45,766 bases of DNA from NCBI GenBank assembly GCA_035250025.1, contig DATFFO010000035.1, positions 1-45,766 on the forward strand, written 5' to 3'. A program made the position numbers and the translations under genes. How positions within the stretch are numbered: the first letter of the stretch is position 1; every line of letters starts with the position of its first letter. The DNA comes from Acidimicrobiia bacterium. Lineage in GTDB: Bacteria; Actinomycetota; Acidimicrobiia; Spongiisociales; ZC4RG35. The notes under the pieces were generated by a model that did not search any database, was not told the origin of the DNA, and saw only the letters and a list, made by a program, of their open reading frames with translations. Below, in pieces: positions 35,820 through 42,550 of this stretch.

Positions 35820-35963
35820 CCGCCGCCCCCGGGACAGCCCGCATCGGCTGTGGAAAAGTCGCCGCGTGCCGCCGGGAGAGCGTATTCTGTGATCCCGCAG
35901 GGGCGGCCACCCTGAGCGGGACGCAACGACGACCAGGCAAGCGTCATTGGAGACAAATCCCCG

Positions 35964-36737
35964 ATGAAAACTGAAATGGCCGGTTCCGTGAGGATGGCAG
36001 GCGACGTCGGCCGCGGCGTCGAGGTCCACATCCACCTCGAGGAGGAGACCCTCACGCTCGTCGCAGACGGTGGCGGTGAACTGGGCACGTGGCCGCTCGA
36101 CGATGTCGGGGTGTCGTCCAAGCCGGATGGCTTTCATCTGCGCCTCGAAGGTGAGGAGGTCGTCCTCCGCACCGAGGACGACGCCCATTTTGCTCTCGCT
36201 CTGGGAATCGCCGCCCCTACCAATCGCCTCGCCCGCCAGATGGCCATCCTGCGTGACGAGGCGGCGCCCGATCTGGTCCTCGACCTCAGCGCCGGCTTCC
36301 CATCGCCGCTTCCCGAGATGCCCCTGGACGACGCTCCTGCCACGCCCCGCCGCGCCTATCGGCTCGCCGACGGCCTTCCCTATCTGGGCCCGTTGGTCGT
36401 CGTGGCGGCGACGGTGGCGATGGTCGCCTCGATCGTGGCTTTCGCCAGTGGGTCAGCGATCACCTTCCCCGGTGGAATACCGGCCTGGCCGGCGATGACG
36501 GCCGCCACCCTCGTGATGGCGGCGGGCGGCTTCGCCGCTTTCCAGGACCCGACGCAGGGCCGTCTCAGCATCGCGGGAAGCATTGCTCTGGGATTGCTGA
36601 CCATCCTGTTCAGCGCCGGCCGCCTCCAGGATGTGGGCCTGGCGGGGGAGGCGATGATTGGCTTCACGATCGCCATCGTCGCTTCCGGCGTGCTCCTTGC
36701 CGTCGACACCGCAGGTCGGAACACGCTGGACGACTGA
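35964..36737 (+). CDS. Hypothetical membrane protein: a soluble beta-rich N-domain of about 90 aa, a linker, then 3-4 TM helices
   Basis: 257 aa with strong G/C third positions. The N-domain [62 protein letters not shown] resembles the 106-aa protein at 42136..42456. In-frame ATGs at 35976 and 35994 are alternative starts. Confidence 0.7.
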   Translation: MKTEMAGSVRMAGDVGRGVEVHIHLEEETLTLVADGGGELGTWPLDDVGVSSKPDGFHLRLEGEEVVLRTEDDAHFALALGIAAPTNRLARQMAILRDEAAPDLVLDLSAGFPSPLPEMPLDDAPATPRRAYRLADGLPYLGPLVVVAATVAMVASIVAFASGSAITFPGGIPAWPAMTAATLVMAAGGFAAFQDPTQGRLSIAGSIALGLLTILFSAGRLQDVGLAGEAMIGFTIAIVASGVLLAVDTAGRNTLDD

Positions 36738-36773
36738 GCGGCGAAAGCCCGGTCCTCGGTACGCTTTCGCCCA

Positions 36774-37658
36774 ATGCCGGAGCTCCCCGACATCGTCGTG
36801 TACATCGAGGCGCTGGAGCGACGCGTCGTGGGCCAGCCGCTGCGGGGTGTTCGCATTGCCTCGCCTTCGGTGCTGCGGACCTTCGACCCGCCCTACGACG
36901 CCGCGGTGGGGGCCACCGTCATTGGGATTCGTCGCCTGGGCAAACGCATCGTGTTCGAGTTTCCCGAGGATCTGTTCATGGTCATCCATCTGATGGTGGC
37001 CGGACGGCTCCGTTGGCAGGCTCCAGGAGCAGCGGTGCCCCGCAAGGTGGGACTGGCGGCTCTCGACTTCGCCCCGGGCACGTTGGTCCTGACCGAGCAG
37101 GGCACCAAGAAGCGGGCAGGACTGTGGGTCCTCAGCGGTGAGGAGTCGCTGGCGGAAGAGGATCGAGGGGGCATCGAGCCACTCGAAATGGACGTCGCCG
37201 CCATGACGACCGCCCTCCAGGCGGAGAACCGGACCCTCAAACGAGCGCTGACCGACCCCCGCCTGTTCTCGGGCATCGGCAACGCATATTCCGACGAAAT
37301 CCTGTGGGAAGCCCGGCTGGCACCCACGTTGCGCACCAAGAAGATGACCGACGAGCAGTTGGAGCGTCTTCACGGCGCCATCCAGTCCTCCCTTCTGCGA
37401 TGGACCGAGCGTCTTCGTGAGGAAGTGGGGGAGGGGTGGCCCGACAAGGTGACCGCCTTTCGTCCCGACATGGCCGTCCACGGCAAGTTCGGTGAGCCCT
37501 GCCCGCGCTGCGGGTCGCCGGTGCAGCGCATCGTCTACTCCAGCAACGAGACCAATTACTGCGCCACCTGCCAGACCGGGGGCAAGCTGTTGGCCGATCG
37601 GTCCCTGTCTCGCCTCCTCAAAGACGACTGGCCCCAAACCATCGACGAACTGGAATAG
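36774..37658 (+). CDS. Fpg/Nei family DNA glycosylase / AP lyase
   Basis: The MPELPD catalytic N-terminus (Pro2/Glu3), an H2TH region (LTDPRLFSGIGNAYSDEILW) and a C-terminal zinc finger CPRCGSPV....YCATCQ. Confidence 0.9.
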   Translation: MPELPDIVVYIEALERRVVGQPLRGVRIASPSVLRTFDPPYDAAVGATVIGIRRLGKRIVFEFPEDLFMVIHLMVAGRLRWQAPGAAVPRKVGLAALDFAPGTLVLTEQGTKKRAGLWVLSGEESLAEEDRGGIEPLEMDVAAMTTALQAENRTLKRALTDPRLFSGIGNAYSDEILWEARLAPTLRTKKMTDEQLERLHGAIQSSLLRWTERLREEVGEGWPDKVTAFRPDMAVHGKFGEPCPRCGSPVQRIVYSSNETNYCATCQTGGKLLADRSLSRLLKDDWPQTIDELE

Positions 37659-37667
37659 TCGGAAGAC

Positions 37668-37960
37668 TTTGTCCCCCACGAGCGAAGCGAGAGGGGGAAG
37701 GGGCCCCCACGAAGTGGGGTAGGGGGCGGCCCGGAGGGCCGGGGGAACCCGTCGCGAACCCTGTGAACAAGTTGCCGTGTTGGGAACGATTGCCCCCTAC
37801 CTCCGACCTCCGCTTCGCTTCGGTGGCAGGTACGCGGAGGGCCGGGGGAACCCTCGCGGAGCCTGTAAACGACTTGCCGTGTTGGGAACGATTGCCCCCT
37901 ACCTCCCACCTCCGCTTCGCTTCGGTGGCAGGGACCTTCCCCCACTTCGTGGGGGACAAA
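37668..37960. repeat. Composite MITE-like element with terminal inverted repeats flanking two ~103-bp tandem units
   Basis: A 13-nt perfect inverted repeat (tttgtcccccacg at 37668-37680 with cgtgggggacaaa at 37948-37960) extends imperfectly to about 30-38 nt. Tandem units are at 37732-37830 and 37835-37933, differing by 6 substitutions and one 1-nt indel by my count. CCCCAC-GAA/TTC-GTGGGG hairpins lie at 37704-37719, 37937-37955 and 37972-37986. Confidence 0.85.
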
Positions 37961-37995
37961 ACTGAGGCCACTCCCCACTTCGTGGGTCGTCTTGC

Positions 37996-38017
37996 CTATC
38001 GAACGTTTGTTCGATAG
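37996..38017. promoter_or_regulatory. LexA SOS box (actinobacterial type)
   Basis: ctaTCGAACgtttGTTCGAtag exactly matches the TCGAAC-N4-GTTCGA consensus known from M. tuberculosis, inside a 22-nt perfect palindrome. It lies 30 nt upstream of the imuA' GTG. Confidence 0.8.
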
Positions 38018-38046
38018 GATGCCTTTCCGCGGACGGAGCTAAGGAA

Positions 38047-38679
38047 GTGGCCCTCATCGTTCCCCGGTCGATCGACGGGGATGAACAGTCGATTCTGGCG
38101 TTGCATCCCGGCCGGATCACCGAACTGGTCGGGTCCACCGGTCTGGGTCTGACCCGGCTGGGCCTGAGGCTGCTGGCAGTTCCCTCGGTCCGCTGGCCGG
38201 TGGTGGCCCTGGATGTCAAGGGCTGGTTGTCACCGGTGGCTGCCTGGGAGGTGGGGGTCGACCCCGCCCGACTGGTCGTGGTCCGTTGCCCTGATCCCGA
38301 TCGATGGACCCAGCTCGCCGCTGTGCTCTTCGAAGGTGTGCGGGCCATCTACGCCGAGGTGCCGACCACTGTCCGGGATCAGGATCTGCGCCGGTTGGCG
38401 GCCCTGGCCCGGGTGCGGCGAGTAGGAGTGGCGTTGCGGCCGTTGGGAGAAGGACTTCCCGCCGGAGTGGCTCATCTGCGGCTCCGGGCAACCGAGGTCC
38501 ATTGGGAAGGAGTCGACGCCGGCCACGGGCGTCTCCAGAGCAGGCACATGGTGGTCGAGGCCTCCGGCAAGGCCATGGCCGGGATGACACGAACGATCGA
38601 GATGGTGGACGATGGTGCGGACGTTGTGCGTTTGGTACCCGGAATGGCCGTTGGGGAGGTCAGACGCGCCGCCGGGTGA
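38047..38679 (+). CDS. imuA': ImuA'-like SOS mutasome accessory protein (degenerate RecA-fold)
   Basis: 210 aa. GRITELVGSTGLGLTRLGLRLLA resembles the degenerate P-loop region of ImuA/ImuA'. It sits directly upstream of imuB and downstream of a LexA box, with a GGAG 8 nt before the GTG. Confidence 0.6.
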   Translation: MALIVPRSIDGDEQSILALHPGRITELVGSTGLGLTRLGLRLLAVPSVRWPVVALDVKGWLSPVAAWEVGVDPARLVVVRCPDPDRWTQLAAVLFEGVRAIYAEVPTTVRDQDLRRLAALARVRRVGVALRPLGEGLPAGVAHLRLRATEVHWEGVDAGHGRLQSRHMVVEASGKAMAGMTRTIEMVDDGADVVRLVPGMAVGEVRRAAG

Positions 38680-40093
38680 ACCGGTGGTCGTGGTGGAAGG
38701 GAATCCGGCCCGGGTAGTGGCGGTGAGGGGGACGGACGGCACCGTCTCCCTGGGGATGCTGCGCAGGCAGGCGGAGGCGCTGTTCCCGGCGGCCCAGGTG
38801 TTGGAGCGCGACCGCGCCGAGGAGGCCCGGCGTTTCGAGGTGGTGGTGGCAGCCATCGAATCGGTGGTTCCCCGGGTGGAAGTGGTCGAGCCAGGCCTCG
38901 CCCTTCTTCCGGTGGCTGGGCCCGCCCGCTACTACGGGGGTGAGCCCGCCCTGGTCGAGCGTCTGCTGGTCGCCATTGCCCCGGGCGCTCGGTTGGGTGT
39001 GGCGGACGGTCCCTTCGCAGCCCGGCGCGCGGCGGAACGAGCCGGCCCCGACGATTCCCTCGTCGTCGGCGACACGGCCGCCTTCCTGGCGGGGTTGGAG
39101 GTCGAGACGCTGGGCCCGGGCGAACTGGTCGAGACCTTCCGATGGTTGGGTGTGACGACGCTGGGGGACCTGGCCGCCCTGCCTCGAGCGGCGATTGCCT
39201 CCCGATTCGGGGACATCGGTCTGGCAGCTCATCGCCTGGCCGCCGGTGAGGACCGGACTCCCCAGCCGCGGTCGATACCGGCGGAAGCGGCCGTCGAATC
39301 CTTCCACGACGAGGATCCGTTGGTTATGGCCGACCAGGTGGCCTTTGTGACCAGAGGAATGGCGGTCAAGCTGCTCGATGGACTGCGTCGCCAGGGGATC
39401 GCCCCCTATCGGGTGGTCGTCGAGGTGGAGTCAGCCGACAGGACCGTGCGCACCCGGGTGTGGCGTTCGACCGACCCCTTCACCGACCAGGCGCTGGCGG
39501 AACGGGTGTGGTGGCAGGTGCGCGCCTGGATGGACAGCCCGGGCGGGGTGCCGGGTGGTTTGATCCGCATCAAGCTCGATCCGTCCGACCTATCCGATGA
39601 AGGCCGCCAACTGGCGCTCCTCGAACAGGTCGGCAGCGGCTGGCAAGAGGTGGCGGATGGTCGCCACGAAATGGAACGCGCTCTCACCCGGGCCCAGGCG
39701 CTGGTCGGCCCCGATTCCGTGCTCCAGGCCGCCCCCCAAGGAGGCCGGATGCCGCATGAGCAGGTCCGCTGGCATCCCTGGGGAGAGGAGCCGGGCCCTC
39801 CTCAGCGTGATCCAGCGGCGCCATGGCCGGGGCGGATCCCGACACCGAGTCCGGCGCTGGTTTCATCATCGCCTCCGCTGCTGGAAGTGGAGTGGGATGG
39901 GGGAATGCCGGTACGGATCAGACTGGGTACCCGGTGGGAATCGGTGCTGGCCTGGAGCGGGCCGTGGCGCATGGCGGGACGGTGGTGGAAGGGCGAGTTG
40001 TCGTCCGATCGGTATCAGATCGTCACGTCGGCGGGAGCGGTGCTCTGCGTCGTCAGTGAGGGGCGGGCCTATCTGGCCGGTGTCTACGACTGA
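38612..40093 (+). CDS. imuB: ImuB, Y-family-polymerase-like inactive subunit of the SOS mutasome
   Basis: MVRTLCVWYPEWPL... is the typical ImuB WxPxWP start. The sequence has a Y-family palm/fingers-like layout and a Trp/Pro-rich C-terminal region. It overlaps imuA' by 68 nt in another frame. Confidence 0.8.
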   Translation: MVRTLCVWYPEWPLGRSDAPPGEPVVVVEGNPARVVAVRGTDGTVSLGMLRRQAEALFPAAQVLERDRAEEARRFEVVVAAIESVVPRVEVVEPGLALLPVAGPARYYGGEPALVERLLVAIAPGARLGVADGPFAARRAAERAGPDDSLVVGDTAAFLAGLEVETLGPGELVETFRWLGVTTLGDLAALPRAAIASRFGDIGLAAHRLAAGEDRTPQPRSIPAEAAVESFHDEDPLVMADQVAFVTRGMAVKLLDGLRRQGIAPYRVVVEVESADRTVRTRVWRSTDPFTDQALAERVWWQVRAWMDSPGGVPGGLIRIKLDPSDLSDEGRQLALLEQVGSGWQEVADGRHEMERALTRAQALVGPDSVLQAAPQGGRMPHEQVRWHPWGEEPGPPQRDPAAPWPGRIPTPSPALVSSSPPLLEVEWDGGMPVRIRLGTRWESVLAWSGPWRMAGRWWKGELSSDRYQIVTSAGAVLCVVSEGRAYLAGVYD

Positions 40094-40821
40094 CCGGCGA
40101 GATCTGCCAACCGCTTGGCGATGATGTCATGGGTGGTGTCGCGCAGGCGGCCGGTATCGCCTTGGGTCATGCCGCTGGTCTCCAACGCCGGGTCGATGCC
40201 CACCTTGATCTTGCCTCCCCGCACGAGCATGGACCGGGCCGGCCAGGCGTGGGCGCTTCCGTGGATGGACACCGGCAGGATCGGCAGCCGGCTGCCAACT
40301 GCGATCGTGAACGCCCCCTTCTTGAACGAGCCGAGAGAGCCGTCGAGCGAACGGGTTCCTTCCGGGTAGATGATTAGCGAGCGCCCGGTCGCCACGAGGT
40401 GCTTGGCCCGACTGTTGATCTGCTCATGGACGGCGGCCCGCGCCGTCCTATCCACCTCGACGATGCCGATGGCGCGCATGGCGGAGGACAAGATGGGGAC
40501 GCGGAAGAGCTCTTTCTTGGCGAGAAATCTGATGGGAATCGGCACGGCCACGAAGCAGGCCATGATGTCGAGGGTCGAAGTGTGATTGGCGACCACCACA
40601 TACGAACGCCCCTGGTCGATGTTGTCGGCACCTGTGACCTCGAGTTCGACCCCCGCCGCACCAAGCCACACCCGGCTCCAGGCGCGGGCCGTCTTCTCGA
40701 TCACTGGGCTCGCCGGACGGAGCCTGGAGGCGACGATGACCACGGCCGATGCGACGAGGGTGGCGAGGACTCCGGCCGTCAGCGTGAGCAGCGTGCGCGG
40801 CAGGTGCCGGACGGATCCCAT
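40084..40821 (-). CDS. plsC: 1-acyl-sn-glycerol-3-phosphate (lysophospholipid) acyltransferase
   Basis: An N-terminal TM helix, the NHTSTLD (HX4D) motif, FLAKKELF and IYPEGTRS blocks. The start is ATG 40821 or the in-frame 40845. It overlaps the imuB 3' end by 10 nt (convergent). Confidence 0.88.
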   Translation of the reverse strand: MGSVRHLPRTLLTLTAGVLATLVASAVVIVASRLRPASPVIEKTARAWSRVWLGAAGVELEVTGADNIDQGRSYVVVANHTSTLDIMACFVAVPIPIRFLAKKELFRVPILSSAMRAIGIVEVDRTARAAVHEQINSRAKHLVATGRSLIIYPEGTRSLDGSLGSFKKGAFTIAVGSRLPILPVSIHGSAHAWPARSMLVRGGKIKVGIDPALETSGMTQGDTGRLRDTTHDIIAKRLADLAGQS

Positions 40822-40866
40822 CGCCGCATCGTAGTGTCGGCACACGATCCGGTCGTGGTGGTGGGC

Positions 40867-41616
40867 TCAGGAGCGGAAGTCGTCCAAGATCGGGACCAGG
40901 GCTTTCCAGCAGGTCTCCGCCCAGACGACATGCCCGGCTGCGTTGGGGTGGAACAGATCGCCCGACCAGACGTCCCGTCGAGTGCGGAACTGGTCATTCG
41001 ACCATCCCCACTGCTCAGCCTTGATGGCGCCATGGCGTTCCGCCACCACGGTATGCACCCGCTCTGCCCGGCGGCCGAGTCGGGTAACGACGTGGCGGAG
41101 GGGAGGAGCAAGCCGGGGGATGGTGCCCAGGTCACCCACTCCACTCAGGACTACCACTGCGCCGATATCGGTGAGGGCCGAGACGATGCGGTCGAGGTGG
41201 CCGGCGAACCTGCGCATGGGAACCCCGCGGATGACATCGTTGGCACCGACCGACACGAGAGCGAGGTGCGGGGCAAAAGCGAGGGCGGCGTCCAACTGCC
41301 CGGCCACCACCTCCCCCGCGGTGGCGCCGCCGACCCCGAATGACCGGAGATCCACCGACCGGTCGAGCTCGTTGGAGAGCCGCCGGCCCACGACTCGAAT
41401 CCAAATCTCGTCGGCGTTCGCCGCTCCCGGTCCCGTCAGAGTGGAGTCCCCCAGACCGGCCACCCGCAGCGGTCGGTCGCCCTCACCGAGCAGGGCCGAG
41501 GCATCGAACGAGGGTTGCTCGGGGACCGGCCAGAGGACGGCGGCCGCCAGCTCAGCGCCAATCGTGAGCGCACCGGCGACAGCCATCCGGCGCACGACCC
41601 TCGTGGGACCAGTCAT
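40867..41616 (-). CDS. SGNH/GDSL family hydrolase with an N-terminal signal or TM segment
   Basis: GLGDSTLTG is block I with the catalytic Ser, GANDV is block III, and DLFHPNAAGH is the block V D-x-x-H. The start is ATG 41616 or 41586; the longer track ORF start is not supported. Confidence 0.8.
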   Translation of the reverse strand: MTGPTRVVRRMAVAGALTIGAELAAAVLWPVPEQPSFDASALLGEGDRPLRVAGLGDSTLTGPGAANADEIWIRVVGRRLSNELDRSVDLRSFGVGGATAGEVVAGQLDAALAFAPHLALVSVGANDVIRGVPMRRFAGHLDRIVSALTDIGAVVVLSGVGDLGTIPRLAPPLRHVVTRLGRRAERVHTVVAERHGAIKAEQWGWSNDQFRTRRDVWSGDLFHPNAAGHVVWAETCWKALVPILDDFRS

Positions 41617-41682
41617 GGCCACATGGTGGCATGGCTTCGGAGATCGGGAAGCAAGCCCTTGGCAATCGTTACCCTGAGGGCG

Positions 41683-42126
41683 ATGTCGGTATTCGACGAC
41701 ACGGAGATGGCGGCGTGGAGTGGTTTCCTGCGTGCTCACAAGGTCGTCATCTCGAAACTGGACGCCGAGCTCCAGCACGCCCACGACCTTCCCCTGGTCT
41801 GGTACGACGCCCTCGTGCAACTGCACATGAGTGGACGCCCGCTGCGGATGAAGGAACTGGCCGGCCGCCTTCTTCTCTCGAGAAGCGCGACGACGCGCTT
41901 CGTGGATCGTCTGGAATCCGCTGGTCTCGTAACTCGCAGCCTGGCAGACGACGACCGCCGCGGGATGACCGTTGAACTGACAGAGGAGGGCTACCGGAGG
42001 TTGCGGGAGGCGTCACCCACCCATCTCGACGGCGTCAAGGCCCATTTCGTCTCGCGCCTGGGACGCGACGAATTGGAAACGCTGGCGTCCGCCTGGAAGA
42101 CCGTGCTCACCAACGAGGGCGGTTAG
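41683..42126 (+). CDS. MarR family transcriptional regulator
   Basis: 147 aa. The winged HTH is LRMKELAGRLLLSRSATTRFVDRLESAGLVTRSLADDDRRGMTVELTEEG. The RBS gaggg lies upstream. It is divergent from the SGNH hydrolase across a 66-bp spacer. Confidence 0.88.
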   Translation: MSVFDDTEMAAWSGFLRAHKVVISKLDAELQHAHDLPLVWYDALVQLHMSGRPLRMKELAGRLLLSRSATTRFVDRLESAGLVTRSLADDDRRGMTVELTEEGYRRLREASPTHLDGVKAHFVSRLGRDELETLASAWKTVLTNEGG

Positions 42127-42135
42127 TACCGACGA

Positions 42136-42456
42136 TTACCCGGTGTCCGCCACCTGGCGGAGACGGTCCGCCAACCCGAAGCGGGGCCGACCGGCCGTGG
42201 TGAGATCGATCTCGATGTCGACCGCGGCGGCGAATCCCGAAGGATCCTCAGGGGAGAAGGCGTACGCCTCGTCATCGATGGCGACGAGGAATCGGAAGAT
42301 CGATTCTCGCTGAACGTGAACCTGGTCCGCCGACCATGACCCGATGCGGTTGCGATCCGACCACATCCGGATCCGCCCGTCATCGATCTGAAAGCTGATC
42401 TTGAGCGGAAGCGCGCGATCGGCTGTCGCCTGAAGCATGCCGTGGAATGTCTGCAC
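42136..42456 (-). CDS. Hypothetical 106-aa protein sharing a domain with the N-terminus of 35964..36737
   Basis: The GTG start is preceded by a strong RBS (reverse strand tagGGAGGAcgacggGTG). The sequence ...LKISFQIDDGRIRMWSDRNRIGSWSADQVHVQRESIFRFLVAIDDEAYAFSPEDPSGFAAAV has no motif I can name. Confidence 0.7.
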   Translation of the reverse strand: MQTFHGMLQATADRALPLKISFQIDDGRIRMWSDRNRIGSWSADQVHVQRESIFRFLVAIDDEAYAFSPEDPSGFAAAVDIEIDLTTAGRPRFGLADRLRQVADTG

Positions 42457-42538
42457 CCGTCGTCCTCCCTAGGTCCCGAGGCCCATTCTACGTCATCGCC
42501 GCACCATGCGCTACAGGTGACTTCTCCAGACCTGGTCT

Positions 42539-42544
42539 TACCAT
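42539..42544 (+). promoter_or_regulatory. Candidate -10 (TACCAT) 6 nt upstream of the icmF ATG, suggesting a leaderless start
   Basis: TACCAT-gggacc-ATG with no SD. Confidence 0.4.
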
Positions 42545-42550
42545 GGGACC

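Noticed and set aside
35808-36188. N-terminal 127-aa extension of the ettA ORF (track ORF 34170..36188, 672 aa)
   Set aside because: EttA homology begins at [11 protein letters not shown] (GTG 35807), which has a leaderless-type -10. The extension is unrelated sequence and overlaps the divergently transcribed membrane-protein gene that starts at 35964.
37732-37933. Possible CRISPR array
   Set aside because: There are only two units and they are directly adjacent, with no unique spacers. Unit length (~103 bp) is far outside the CRISPR repeat range, and there are no cas genes in the window.
37556-38017. Four overlapping ORFs (84-140 aa, both strands) across the tandem-repeat region, some with internally repeated peptides such as LPCWERLPPTS.LRFASVAG
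   Set aside because: All are products of the 2 x ~103-bp DNA repeat and hairpins. There is no RBS or leaderless signal, the composition is odd, and every frame is open on both strands, as is typical of GC-rich repeats. I treat the region as non-coding. The fact that one frame is preserved across the units (102-nt period locally) is noted but is expected one time in three.
40094-40845. Expected dnaE2 downstream of imuB
   Set aside because: The sequence after imuB encodes a convergent PlsC-type acyltransferase (NHTSTLD motif). No polymerase III alpha-like ORF exists in any frame. dnaE2, if present, is outside this window.
41617-41682. MarR operator palindrome in the divergent MarR / SGNH-hydrolase spacer
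   Set aside because: Only short imperfect symmetry (ccacatggtgg, 4-bp arms) is visible. This is not enough to call a binding site.
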